Positions 44,898 through 55,345 are shown, counted from the first letter of the stretch. The stretch: 64,000 bases of DNA from an uncultured Acidobacteriota bacterium (GCA_963843575.1 CAWJKZ010000014.1:876541-940540), one strand, 5' to 3'. The notes: generated by a model not told the origin, from the sequence alone. Numbers and translations: made by a program.

Positions 44898-45074
44898 ATG
44901 AAATCGAGAATTAAGAATGGGGCACGGAATACGCTTCAAAAGGTGAGAGACAAGACTGAGAAGCGATTGCAGGAACCGATGAAGGACCCCACATTGGAAG
45001 GCAAAGACGAAAACAAAGTCGGGAGAATCCCCGAGAAATCACCTCCGAAGCTTAGAACCCACCTCGCGAGGTAA
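44898..45074 (+). CDS. CsbD-like small protein, possibly degenerate (58 aa)
   Basis: GGAGAA RBS; MKSRIKNGARNTLQKVRDKTEK...DPTLEGKDENKVGRI resembles the CsbD pattern. Confidence 0.5.
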   Translation: MKSRIKNGARNTLQKVRDKTEKRLQEPMKDPTLEGKDENKVGRIPEKSPPKLRTHLAR

Positions 45075-45987
45075 AGAGACTGGCGGTTAGGCGAAATTAC
45101 TCCGACGCAGGTCAATTGCGCATCTCTTCGATGGTTTGAGGTGTGAGGGCACGGCTCTCTCGGCCGATATCGATTGAGCGAAACCATGGTTCCGAGTGGC
45201 CGGCGAGGCGAAACGCCAGCTTCTCCAGTTGGTTCCGGGGCGGCGCGCGGACTGCCGCATACAGGTTCGGTTTCAGCGTCCTGCAGCCGCTCGAAGAGGA
45301 CGTCGTCGTCGGGCAGTTTGCCGATCAGGAATCGAACCAGCTGCGCATCGACAATCGCGAAATGCTTGCCGCCTATGGCCGCGTGGAGCTCGCCACCGCA
45401 AGGCGCGATGCCCCGTTCCGGCCGGGGTCGGCATTTCAATGATCACGCCGCCGGCACCAATCGCGGGGGAGCGTCTCTCGAACACTTATTCGCATTATCA
45501 TAAGTGAAAGAGCATGAGGCGTGAATTCCCTGGGGTCTCTGAGGAGACCGAGCCCCGCGCCGGAAGAGCGGAGCGCTTCGTCAGCAATGGCGTGATTAAA
45601 CAGCAATGAAATCTCCTGACTTCTGCGACGTCGTGGTATGGGAGATCGCCTAAGCCGTTACGCCGGTACGGGCTCGGGCGGACCGAGGCGGAGAGGAGAG
45701 CGGTGATCACGGTAAGGGCCGCGGGATCTGGCGAGCGTCCATAGATTCACGCCCGCACTGGAGCGCGAGGCCGTACGGCGTCTTTGAAGTTCTGTCGGAG
45801 CTCCTCCCTGGTCAGTCCCGGTCATCTCCGATAACGCCGTATCAGGGCAACTGACCTGTTTTCGAGTTCTCAAAATCCAGATAAGTGCTGAGGATTCAGC
45901 TAATTAGAGCTATGCCAACCGACTGTAATCGAGGCAGATTCAGGGTGCTGATGATGGTGGTGCGAATCGCCTCCGGACGGACTCTCC

Positions 45988-46065
45988 ATGGTCGGCAACA
46001 CCATCTCGCGCCACAGAATCATCGAGAAACTCGGCCGCGGAGGCATGGGTGTCGCCTACATGGCC
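45988..46065 (+). pseudogene. N-terminal remnant of a Ser/Thr protein kinase
   Basis: MVGNTISRHRIIEKLGRGGMGVAY, then similarity is lost. Confidence 0.7.
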
Positions 46066-46274
46066 GGCCACGTGCGGCGGCGTTGGCGGGCCATCACCAT
46101 CCGCGTTCCTTCGGACGCTTGCAGCTCACCGAATATCAGAACCATACGGCTTTCGACACTTGGCCGCTGCTATCTTGCTACTCGGGAACGAAACCCCGGC
46201 ACCTCCCTTCCCATTTCTAATGCGCGCAGGTAGACTGGAACGGACGATCGGCTCCCTCGACTGCGAGGTACTCA

Positions 46275-48020
46275 TTGGCGAATGTTACGGAACCACTGGA
46301 TTCCTTGGCGGAGGTGCTTCGATATCACAGCGAAACGAAGCACGACTATGGTCGATACGCGCGGTCGTTGGGATACCTCGACTGGGCCAATCAACCGGAT
46401 CCCTTCCGCCGATACCGGGGATCCCGGCTGCTTCCCTTACCCGTCTTGAAACCTGACGAATCCCCGGTCTCCCCTTGCTATGAGGCAATCTATGAGACCG
46501 CGGGGGTGCCGGTTCAGCCGGTATCATTACGTTCGCTATCGCGATTCTTCGAGTACTCGCTGGCACTGACCGCATGGAAACAGGCGGGGGCGGCACGCTG
46601 GGCTCTACGCAGTAATCCCTCCAGCGGAAACCTCCATCCCACAGAGGGCTATCTCTACGTTGGCTCTGCGGCCGGCCTGACGGACATTCCCGGGCTGTAC
46701 CATTATGCCCCGAAGGAACATGCGCTGGAGGAAAGAGCCGAGAGTACAGGAGCCGTCTCCTCCCGAATCATGCAAGGCTTCCCTCCGAACGCTTTCCTGG
46801 TCGGGCTGTCGTCGGTTCACTGGCGGGAGGCTTGGAAATACGGGGAGCGGGCCTTCCGTTACTGTCAGCATGATGTGGGCCATGCGGTCGGTGCGGTCCG
46901 GCTGGGCGCGGCCGCCCTCGGTTGGGGGATGCTGCTCCTGAACGGAGTCCCGGATGCGACGATCGCGACGTTGCTGGGATTGGATCGAGAGGAGGACTTC
47001 AAAGGGGCGGAGCGGGAACACCCGGACTGCTTGCTGGTCCTGTGGCCGGCCGGGGCGACGATTCCCGGTCATGATGATAGCTGCCAGATGCCCCTCTCTC
47101 TGAACCCGGCCGCCGTACTTGAGCAGAGCCGGCAGCCTTGGCACGGCCGGGCAAACCGGCTCAGTCGCGACAACCCGGTCTCGTGGGAGATCATCGATGA
47201 AGCGTCGGCGGCCACATGGAAGACCGGCGATGACCGAACCGCGGTCCAAGTTCGCCCGAAGGCATTGGGATTGGAGACTTCCGTCGCCTTCGAAGCAGAC
47301 GAGGCGGAAGCCCTGCCCCGGGAGCCACGCAGAACTGCGGCCGGCGAGATCTTCCGGAAGAGACGGAGTGCAGTTTCGTTCGACGGCAGAACCTCGATAC
47401 CGGCTTCGCGCCTGTTCGAGATACTCGAGCGGACCATGCCCCTCGCCGAGCAACCTATCACGCGGCGTCCCGTCCCCTGGGATGCGATTCCGTGGGATCC
47501 TGCGGTTCATCTGGCGCTTTTTGTCCATCGAGTCGACGGCCTCGAACCGGGGCTCTACGTGCTGGTCCGTGACGGCTCCAGAGAGCATGTCCTGAGACAG
47601 TCTATGCACGATCGATTCGTGTGGCGGAAGGCTGAGGGCAGTCCCCCGAGCCTGCCACTGTACCTCCTGCAAGAGATGGATGCGCGTCATCTTGCGGTCC
47701 AGGTCAGCTGCGGCCAGGATATTGCCGGGGACAGTTGCTTCTCGCTGGGAATGATCGCGGAGTTCGAGGGTCGGCTTTGCCGCCACGGTGCATGGTTCTA
47801 TCGACGGCTGTTCTGGGAGACCGGCATCATCGGCCAAGTCCTGTACGTCGAGGCGGAGGCGGCCGGAGTCCGCGGCACCGGGATCGGGTGCTTCTTCGAT
47901 GATCCTGTGCACCAGGTGTTCGGGCTCAAAGGTTTCGCGTTTCAGTCGCTCTATCACTTCACAATCGGATGGCCGGTCGAAGACCCGAGGTTGATGACGC
48001 AGCCGCCCTATCCGCCATGA
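46275..48020 (+). CDS. SagB/ThcOx-like duplicated nitroreductase-domain protein
   Basis: YHSETKH, LRSNPSSGNLHPTE, WKYGERAFRY, RKRRS, GTGIGCFFDD. Confidence 0.85.
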   Translation: MANVTEPLDSLAEVLRYHSETKHDYGRYARSLGYLDWANQPDPFRRYRGSRLLPLPVLKPDESPVSPCYEAIYETAGVPVQPVSLRSLSRFFEYSLALTAWKQAGAARWALRSNPSSGNLHPTEGYLYVGSAAGLTDIPGLYHYAPKEHALEERAESTGAVSSRIMQGFPPNAFLVGLSSVHWREAWKYGERAFRYCQHDVGHAVGAVRLGAAALGWGMLLLNGVPDATIATLLGLDREEDFKGAEREHPDCLLVLWPAGATIPGHDDSCQMPLSLNPAAVLEQSRQPWHGRANRLSRDNPVSWEIIDEASAATWKTGDDRTAVQVRPKALGLETSVAFEADEAEALPREPRRTAAGEIFRKRRSAVSFDGRTSIPASRLFEILERTMPLAEQPITRRPVPWDAIPWDPAVHLALFVHRVDGLEPGLYVLVRDGSREHVLRQSMHDRFVWRKAEGSPPSLPLYLLQEMDARHLAVQVSCGQDIAGDSCFSLGMIAEFEGRLCRHGAWFYRRLFWETGIIGQVLYVEAEAAGVRGTGIGCFFDDPVHQVFGLKGFAFQSLYHFTIGWPVEDPRLMTQPPYPP

Positions 48021-48075
48021 TGGGTCGGAACCCTGTTGCGTTCCTCCACCCTTCCGCTCGCGCAGGCGTGTCAGT

Positions 48076-48161
48076 TGTCCAAAAGTTAAAAAAAAACGGC
48101 CAACCCTTGCCGCACCTATAAATCATTGAAATATCGGCGGGTTGGCTGGTTTTTTTGGACA
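48076..48161. repeat. Palindromic element with TGTCCAAAA/TTTTGGACA ends
   Basis: tgtccaaaa..aaaacggccaaccc..gccg / cggc-gggttggctggttttt-ttggaca. Confidence 0.6.
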
Positions 48162-48248
48162 TAACGGGTCCAATCTGTGCACGCGCCGGCAAATCTCATA
48201 AGGTGAAGAGGTTAGATCCAAGCGGGCAGCATGATTGGCCGGTTATGT
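48159..48248 (-). other. Putative solitary integron attC site
   Basis: Minus strand: ACATAAC-CGGCC-AATCATGC...ACAGATT-GGACCC-GTTATGT, with 5/6-nt spacers and extrahelical bases; ORF 48243..48455 stops inside the first box. Confidence 0.55.
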
Positions 48249-48572
48249 CCCGTTCGAGGAGATGACTGCCACTGGCCGTCGCTCACCTCGCCCAGCGAGG
48301 GGTGATTGACGCGAACGCCGTAATCTCGGAGTTTGGCTCTGCGCCACTTGTCCGGCGGACTTTACGTCCAAGTGGTCGCAGGTATTGATGGGGACGGAGT
48401 GGGTGGCGGACGTGTCGGCCTCACGGGGCGAGAAGTTCAGGATCAATCGTGGCAAACCAACATATCAACGCTTATTGGATTTCGGGGGAAGTCAGAACTG
48501 ACTTTGGATTCCGGAGGGTCGCGTAGCTTACGTGTGCCCCGCAGGTGAAACAGGCAGCATTTGACTTGCCGA

Positions 48573-48955
48573 TCAGTTCTTCGTCGGGACGAGGCGCTTG
48601 AGTTCCTCGAACCAGTTCTGGACGCGGTTGAGTTCCGAGGACGGGTTGGCTCTTTCCAGCATCAAGAAGCGCTGGTCATCCGCGCTGGTCGATGTCGCAG
48701 GAACGTCGAGCCTCGTGAGCCCAAAGAGACGTAGAGGCGTTCCCATTCGAAGATCATGGGCGTCTTGTATCGGAACAGCAAACATGGCAGTGTCTGTGTG
48801 ATAGAATAGCTCACGGCCAGTGTGGCTCCAGAACGGTGACATGCCGCCTTCAAGCGACACCTGTCGCTTGACTCCGGGGCCAGGAAACGCCTGCACGTAG
48901 ACTTCCTGTTGCCCAGACTCGTTGGATACATACGCGATGCCCATCCGGAGAGAAC
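48573..48955 (-). pseudogene. C-terminal remnant of a PD40/TolB-repeat Ser/Thr kinase
   Basis: IAYVSNESGQQEVYV..FPGPG..QVS..GG..P.WS..GRELFY...VQNWFEELKRLVP. Confidence 0.75.
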
Positions 48956-49213
48956 TTCGCGCCAGCGGATTCGGGCAAGGATAGGCCAGCTCTATCGTGC
49001 TCGTTTGGAAATATGGTATTCCCTGCCTGAGCGTACTGTTCACTCCTTGCGGCTCAATTAATCGCAGTCATCCGCACGCGATCTTCACCCATATAGGCAG
49101 GGGTGCTGAGTTCCTATGCTGGGGCGCGGGAGGCGAGTCCATGGTACCGCTGAACTGAAATTATTGAAATCCTGGTTCTCCCAAGTGAAGAGGCGTGTTA
49201 CTGGCGGAGGGCT

Positions 49214-51670
49214 TCACATCGGCCTGGGGACTGCCAGGTGGAATCCCTGAACATAATCGACTCTCATGCCGGTGAGTTTCTCGAGTGTCTCGGGATTTTC
49301 CACCCATTCGGCGATGCTCTTGAGACCCATCACATGTCCCAGACTGTGAATGGCCTCGACCATGGCCCCGTCGACGCGATCGATCAGGATTTCCTTGACG
49401 AAATGGCCGTCTATTTTGAGATAGTCGACCGGCAAGTTCTTCAGATATCCAAACGAAGACAGACCACTGCCAAAGTCGTCCAGAGAGAGACGACAGCCCA
49501 ACTCCTTGACCGTTGTGATGAACGCTCTGACACGTGTGAAGTCCGAGATGGCTGCCGTTTCGGTAATTTCGAACCCGATGCTGGGAGTCTTGACGTGGCA
49601 TGCTTTGATCTGTTCGACAACGAAATCTAGAAAATTCTCGTCGCTCAGCGACTGTCCGGATAGGTTTATCGAAAGAAGGGTGCGGCGTTGATCCGTGCCC
49701 AGTGTCTTCAGAGCAGTGAAAGTCTCACCTACGACCCAGCGGTCGATCTTGCTCATATAACCGTAGCGCTCAGCCGCGGGCAGGAAGGCACCCGGAAGAA
49801 CGACCCGGCCTTGCTCATCCAAGAGGCGCAGGAGTACCTCTCCGAGTTCAATGTCCTCCCCGTTGGGGTCGGTAGGCAAAATTGGCTGCATATAAAGACG
49901 CAGGCGGCCTTCAGCCAAGGTCTGCTGAATGCGCGACATCCACTGCATTTCACCGAAGCGCCGGGTCGCAACGGAATCGTCTGGCTCAAAAACACAGACC
50001 CGATTACGGCCCGAATCCTTCGCTGCATAGCAGGCGCTGTCCGCCGCGCGCAAGACACTGGCGGCGCTCCCCCAGATGTCCGTAATCGACACCAAACCGA
50101 CACTCAACGTCACGGTAAAACTCTTCTCCTGCCACCCGAAGCGGAAATTTTGAGACAACTGGCGGAGTGTTTGAGCGATCCGAATGGATTCGTCGCGTGG
50201 ACAGTGCTCCAAAAGAATCCCAAATTCATCGCCGCCGAGCCGGGCAAAGGTGTCGCGCGCGCGGATTCGAGTCCTCATGAGGGCTGCGATCTGCCGCAGC
50301 AGCTCATCTCCCGCAACGTGACCACACGTGTCATTCACGATCTTGAACTGATCGAGATCGACGTAGATTAGTGCGTGCGGGTCAAGGGGACTCGCAGCCT
50401 GCGCGATGCGTGAGAGGCGCCGCTCGAATTCCCGCCGGTTAATCAGGCCAGTCAGCGCGTCATGGGTGGCTTGATGCGAGAGTTGTTGCGCGAGTCTGCG
50501 TTCCTCCGTGATGTCGCGAAAAGTTACCACTGTCCCAACCTCAATGCCGCGGCTGTCGAGGTTTGGAGCTTTCGAACAGCCGATGTATCGCTTCTCTCCC
50601 TGCCGGTCCATCAAGACGAGATTCAATTGCCGGCCATCGTTCCGTTCAGTCGAAAGTGTTTCGGCCCCACCGGCATCCATGCCTTGGACGGATTTGTCGA
50701 CGACTCGGAACACTTTATCGAGTGGAACTCCGTGGGCCTCAGAGCTGGGCCAGCCGGTATAGCGCTCTGCTGCTGGATTCAGGTAAGTGATCTTTTGATT
50801 GGAATCGATCGTGATGACGCCATCGCCGATATTGGCCAAAGTGGTTCGGAAGAGCTCCTTTTCCAGGATCAATCGCTCATTGGATCGGGCCAGTTCCTCG
50901 GTGCGCTCCTCCACCCGGCGTTCGAGGTGCTCGGAGTAACGCTGCCGGCCGCTTCGCGCCTCGCGCCTGGCCTCCGCCTCCGCTAGCGCCTGGCCGTGAG
51001 CCATCTCCTGTCGAGCTTGGGTGAGATCATCGATGAGATCGAGGTTTGAGAAGTGCAGACGAAGAGAGTCGGTCGCCAAGGCGTGAATACGTTCGGAGAC
51101 AATCCACATCAGCGTCATAAAGAGTAAAACAAAGCTTCCCGTGAGCAGATGAATCGAGTCGCGGGCAGAGAGAAGCCGCACAGCATATGGAAGCAAGGCA
51201 GGGAGCAAGAAAAGCAGGTATACGCCGCGCAGCGGCGAAAGCGTGGAAAAGGACACGCCGCTCATGATGGCCAGCACGAAAACCAGCAAGATCTGATGAA
51301 CAATGCTGCCTGACACGAAAAAGTAAAAACCCGCGCCACCCCAGAGTACGCCGTGGAGGCCGATTCCGATCACGACACGTCCCACCCAACGAGACCTGTC
51401 CGGGAAAGTGGGGTGGCAACCTCGGTAATCCTGAACCCATCGGTAGCACACCCATGACAGCCCGATTATCAAGAGCACCCACACAATCAACGCCGCCTGT
51501 GAAATCCAGGTCCACAAGCCGACGGCCATCAGGGTCGCGGTGATAACGGCAGAAAATAGGAATGAAGGTAGTTGACGATAGACTAACTCGACCTGACCAG
51601 CCCGTACGCGCCGAACCATTTCGCGGGCCGTATCCCGATTACCGGCATTGGTCGTGGTCACAGCCGTCAT
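49214..51670 (-). CDS. Membrane PAS-GGDEF-EAL diguanylate cyclase/phosphodiesterase
   Basis: TM region, PAS domain, HDALTGL, GGDEF, EVLLRL, DDFGSG, LKID. Confidence 0.93.
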   Translation of the reverse strand: MTAVTTTNAGNRDTAREMVRRVRAGQVELVYRQLPSFLFSAVITATLMAVGLWTWISQAALIVWVLLIIGLSWVCYRWVQDYRGCHPTFPDRSRWVGRVVIGIGLHGVLWGGAGFYFFVSGSIVHQILLVFVLAIMSGVSFSTLSPLRGVYLLFLLPALLPYAVRLLSARDSIHLLTGSFVLLFMTLMWIVSERIHALATDSLRLHFSNLDLIDDLTQARQEMAHGQALAEAEARREARSGRQRYSEHLERRVEERTEELARSNERLILEKELFRTTLANIGDGVITIDSNQKITYLNPAAERYTGWPSSEAHGVPLDKVFRVVDKSVQGMDAGGAETLSTERNDGRQLNLVLMDRQGEKRYIGCSKAPNLDSRGIEVGTVVTFRDITEERRLAQQLSHQATHDALTGLINRREFERRLSRIAQAASPLDPHALIYVDLDQFKIVNDTCGHVAGDELLRQIAALMRTRIRARDTFARLGGDEFGILLEHCPRDESIRIAQTLRQLSQNFRFGWQEKSFTVTLSVGLVSITDIWGSAASVLRAADSACYAAKDSGRNRVCVFEPDDSVATRRFGEMQWMSRIQQTLAEGRLRLYMQPILPTDPNGEDIELGEVLLRLLDEQGRVVLPGAFLPAAERYGYMSKIDRWVVGETFTALKTLGTDQRRTLLSINLSGQSLSDENFLDFVVEQIKACHVKTPSIGFEITETAAISDFTRVRAFITTVKELGCRLSLDDFGSGLSSFGYLKNLPVDYLKIDGHFVKEILIDRVDGAMVEAIHSLGHVMGLKSIAEWVENPETLEKLTGMRVDYVQGFHLAVPRPM

Positions 51671-51834
51671 TCGCCGTCACTAGGGTCTGGACGAGTTTGC
51701 ACGCATGCCCCTGCATCTCCCGGCGGTCTTCGATCGCGAATCCGTCGACTGTGAAAGCTGTTACCTTCTGCTCCGTGAGCGCAGACTGGTGCGCGGGAAA
51801 GGCCGGTGAGCCGCTGCCGCCCACGCCGCACCCT

Positions 51835-52023
51835 CGCGCGGCGCAATTTGTGCAACCACGCCCACGCCGTTTGATAGCTCCCCAGCCCGAGAATCTGTTT
51901 TCAAGCCAAGGGCGCTGGCACCCTTCTCTGGCTCGTCCATCAGATCGTTCGAAACCAGTGTGCTGCGGGTGGCGGCCAAACCCATGTGACAGCCGGCACA
52001 TTTTCCAGGATACGCGAACACCG
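51835..52023. mobile_element. IS1595-family transposase remnant with an inverted segment
   Basis: Minus strand GASALGL..ILGLGSYQTAWAWLHKLRRA; plus strand QCAAGGGQTHVTAGT/FQDTRTP. Confidence 0.7.
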
Positions 52024-52112
52024 TGGGGAACATAACAATATCTCCTGTGACGGGCATTTGCCGGGAACAAGGCCGCGGGCCCGGACCCCGCGTAGGTGCC
52101 GCACGTCCGCGC

Positions 52113-53024
52113 TCAGCCGCTACTCAGACCCTGCAGCAGGCTCTGCAGGTTGAGTGTGCTGGCCTGCCCCCGGATCTGGTCCTGCAAACGCGGGTAGATC
52201 TCTTTTGCTTCGTCCTGGAACCGGGCGAAAAGTGCCCGTAAGTCGGCCGTGTTGAGTCGGCGTCCCTGGGCATAGTACTGCTCCGCCACGTGCCCCAGGG
52301 CGTAGGTCGCCGAGAACGTGATGACGGCGCCGGTAGCGATTCTAGTTGCTCCACCCACCATTCCGCCCAAGAGACCGCCCGCGATCCCGCCGACCAGTTT
52401 CATCACGACGCTCTCCAGACTCTGCGCCGCGGCGCCAAGACCAAGGGTGGCGACGAGGTCTTTGATCTGGCTGATGTCGAGCGTCTGGCCGTGGCGCTGG
52501 CCGATCTGATAGACCATGCGAAGCTGGATTGGCAGGACAGCAACGTTGGCCAACCGGTCCGGCAGGACCTCAATCGCTCCCGTGAGGATAGATTGCTGAA
52601 GGATGAACTCGTCCACCGGACCGCCTGCCGGCTTGTCGATGCGCACCTCGGCGGCGGGCGCCTCCGCGATGGCTCCCGCCATGCGCGTTGCATCGGCGAC
52701 CTCGGCGGCGCTGAAACCCAGAGCCAAGCGTAGCTCGTCGAGGAACGCCTGTTCGGACGAGTTGGCCGAGCCGTCGGCGTTGACGATAGCCAGAGCGCTC
52801 TCATACGCCGCACGGCGCGATTCATCATCCGACAGGCGAGACGCCAGATCTCCCACACGCAACAGCCCGGCGGCGACCTGTTGCGTGAGGCCGGTGACGT
52901 CGCGATTCCCGGTGCGGGCCACGACGTTGTCAACGGCTCGCTGCTCGGCGCTATCCACAGAACCGTCGGCACGGGCAGCCAGTATGGCGATGGCAATCAG
53001 CGGAATGTGGTCGGTGGTTTTCAT
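52113..53024 (-). CDS. TerB-like / DUF697-type membrane protein
   Basis: AARADGSVDSAE, VNADGSANSSEQAFL, IQLRMVYQIG, ATYALG. Confidence 0.7.
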   Translation of the reverse strand: MKTTDHIPLIAIAILAARADGSVDSAEQRAVDNVVARTGNRDVTGLTQQVAAGLLRVGDLASRLSDDESRRAAYESALAIVNADGSANSSEQAFLDELRLALGFSAAEVADATRMAGAIAEAPAAEVRIDKPAGGPVDEFILQQSILTGAIEVLPDRLANVAVLPIQLRMVYQIGQRHGQTLDISQIKDLVATLGLGAAAQSLESVVMKLVGGIAGGLLGGMVGGATRIATGAVITFSATYALGHVAEQYYAQGRRLNTADLRALFARFQDEAKEIYPRLQDQIRGQASTLNLQSLLQGLSSG

Positions 53025-53832
53025 ACTGGAATCATAGCACTGGAGTGGAATGGTCGGAAAATGCCCTGGGCGGACTATGCGCGGCCAGCGAGCCTTCCCC
53101 GAACTATCTCATCGCGGCACTCTGGCGGTTGCAGCAATCTCCCCGATTTTGATCTCCAGTTCACCTCTATTTTTGCCACCAATCCTCTCTCCGCATTACG
53201 TTCGACACCTCTGCTTGGCGTTATCGCACCTGTTGCAGCTATTGAATACCCACAGGCGGCACCCTATCGGGCGCCGCGCCAGCGGCTCACTTCAAACGAC
53301 TCTATCGAAACGGCTCCGGACCGGTCTCCGCTCCCAAATCCTGCTACACCTGACGGAGCCCCTCCGATAGAGATCTGCCGTATCGAGGGAACGTGCCGTT
53401 TGTAATGAGGGAGTGTATGCCCCAAAAGCCGCATTCGGGGAGCAGCTCCGGTGTAAAATAGGGCTTCACTTCAGGCGCAGACGTGCCTAAGGGAGGGCAT
53501 GCACCAGGGGGCGAAAGCTACCGGATCAGAAGCCTGACGGGCGATGAGGCATCTCATCCTTCCTATCTCTGCGACACGAGAGTTCTCGCCCTTGCCCGGG
53601 CAAAGCAGCGCACGACCCTCTGGCGCTTCGAGCCATCTCGTCGGTCGGTTCGTCTCGACTGAGTCCTTCGGCAGCCACGAGCTCAGCGCGTTGCGTCAGG
53701 CTGGAAGATCTCCGTCGAGAGACAAACGTGCAGTGCGTTGTCGGTGGACTGGTGCATGTTCGCGGACAGATGAGTTGCCGATGCACCTGAGCTATTTCGA
53801 GCAGGCAACCTAACGAGCGCGGAGACTACGCC

Positions 53833-54897
53833 ATGACCGACATCGACCCGGCGGCCGTCGTGAGGGAGAAGCAGGCGCTCAAAGACGCGCTCAGCTACCG
53901 CAGTTTGCACCATGATACGGACTTGGTACTCGAGGATACGGAACGGGGCATGTTCGCCGAGGCGAATCGCGCTGGTCAAGGTTTGTATGGGGTGGCCAGC
54001 GAGTTCGTGCTCGACTGCTACTACGAAAGAGGCGCGCTGGAGCCTCTCGTCAAAGCGTACAGCGGCCAACCTTACCGGGTCGCGGCAAGGTTCGATCGTC
54101 TGCTCCAACGTCTCGAGGAGGCGCAGCGCTTCGATCTGATCGAGCGCTTCTGGACGTCGGTCACTCGGCTGACCCGCGCGGAGTTCTTCTATCAGCGTCC
54201 CCGGCGTGACCACGGCGATCACGCCGGGGCCGAGGAATTCAAAAACTACGCTCTGGAAGCCTACGCGCAGGGCATCGATTGGCTGACCAGACTCGATCGT
54301 CTCGACGCGGCCAGGCGGATGACCGAGGAGCGGAACGCGCTGCGCGACGAGCGCTGGCCCTCCCTGCCAGCTCCTTCGGACCTTCGCCGGATCGACGAGC
54401 CGGTCTTCTGGGAGCTGATCGCAAAAGCGCGGTCACACGCGCCGACGACGCTCGAACAGCTTGCTGCCCTCGGCGAGTCGTTGCGCGCCTTCGAGGCCGC
54501 CGAGATCAAGCGGTTTGGCTCGCTCTATACCAGAATCATGAGACACCTTTACCACTGGAACGTGTGGGCCCTCGCCTACGCCGCCCGCGGCGGTTGCTCG
54601 GACGCGGCTTTCGAGGCATTCCGAACGTGGTTGATCCTGCAGGGCGATCCGGCCCTTGTCGCGCTGGCCGTCACCGACCCCACCCGAGCCGCCGAGTGTG
54701 TCCCGCCCGAGCCCGATCTTCCGGATGGACACTGTGTGCCGATGATCGAAGAGGCCTACTTTCTCCGGAAGGGCTCATCGCTCGCACTGCCATCGATCGA
54801 TCTCGACAAGCCGAGGGGCAAGGAGTGGACCGAGGCGGCGTTTGCAGCGATCTATCCGCAACTCGTAAGGCACTATGCGTTCGTGACAGAGCTCTAA
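53833..54897 (+). CDS. DUF4240-domain protein
   Basis: FWELIAKAR...WALAY..GGCSDAAFEAFRTWLILQG; GGAG RBS. Confidence 0.75.
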   Translation: MTDIDPAAVVREKQALKDALSYRSLHHDTDLVLEDTERGMFAEANRAGQGLYGVASEFVLDCYYERGALEPLVKAYSGQPYRVAARFDRLLQRLEEAQRFDLIERFWTSVTRLTRAEFFYQRPRRDHGDHAGAEEFKNYALEAYAQGIDWLTRLDRLDAARRMTEERNALRDERWPSLPAPSDLRRIDEPVFWELIAKARSHAPTTLEQLAALGESLRAFEAAEIKRFGSLYTRIMRHLYHWNVWALAYAARGGCSDAAFEAFRTWLILQGDPALVALAVTDPTRAAECVPPEPDLPDGHCVPMIEEAYFLRKGSSLALPSIDLDKPRGKEWTEAAFAAIYPQLVRHYAFVTEL

Positions 54898-55004
54898 CGC
54901 ATGTCACCCGCGCTGCGCGCAAAGGCCAGCATCGGGATGCCGGATGTCGATTTTCGCTTTTCACGTTCGACGCCAGGGTGTAGTCGACTCCAGCGGAGAC
55001 ATCA

Positions 55005-55110
55005 ATGAAGATCACCGTCGAGAAGGTCGTGCGAGCCGGGCTCGAGGCCGTGTGGGATGCCTGGAACAGCCCGGCCGACATCAAGCACTGGAACACCGCC
55101 CAGGACGACT
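55005..55110 (+). pseudogene. SRPBCC/AHSA1 family 5' remnant
   Basis: MKITVEKVVRAGLEAVWDAWNSPADIKHWNTAQDD, then breaks off. Confidence 0.65.
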
Positions 55111-55295
55111 TGGCTCCCGGAAGGCGTTCGGGGAAATCGACGAACACGGCAGGTTTGGCGACTGCCGCATCGTGCAAGTCCGACGATGACGTCCCCAGGG
55201 CCCCGATCTCAGTTTCCCCGATCGCCGTTTTGTGGGAGCGTGCCTGTTTTCAGCCAGCGATTCGCTCGGACCCAGACATGCCAGACCGAGTGCTG

Positions 55296-55345
55296 TCGGC
55301 GACGGACCGGCGAGCTAGGAATACGAATAGCTCTCGGTGGGCGCG
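55296..55345 (+). pseudogene. Micro-fragment of an ADOP/MacB-type ABC permease
   Basis: RRRTGELGIRIALGG matches the RRTREIGIRMALGA motif. Confidence 0.5.

Noticed and set aside
53474-53550. c-di-GMP-I riboswitch-like stretch (ggggcgaaagctaccggatc)
   Set aside because: Only the central motif resembles it; the P1 GNRA hairpin and 3' pairing are missing. It also reads GESYR like an IstB tail, but is too short to call
53660-53700. Possible half attC site
   Set aside because: No matching left box or correct spacing
54892-54980. attC after the DUF4240 gene (CTCTAAC at the stop codon)
   Set aside because: No complementary GTTAGAG box or inner-box pairing downstream
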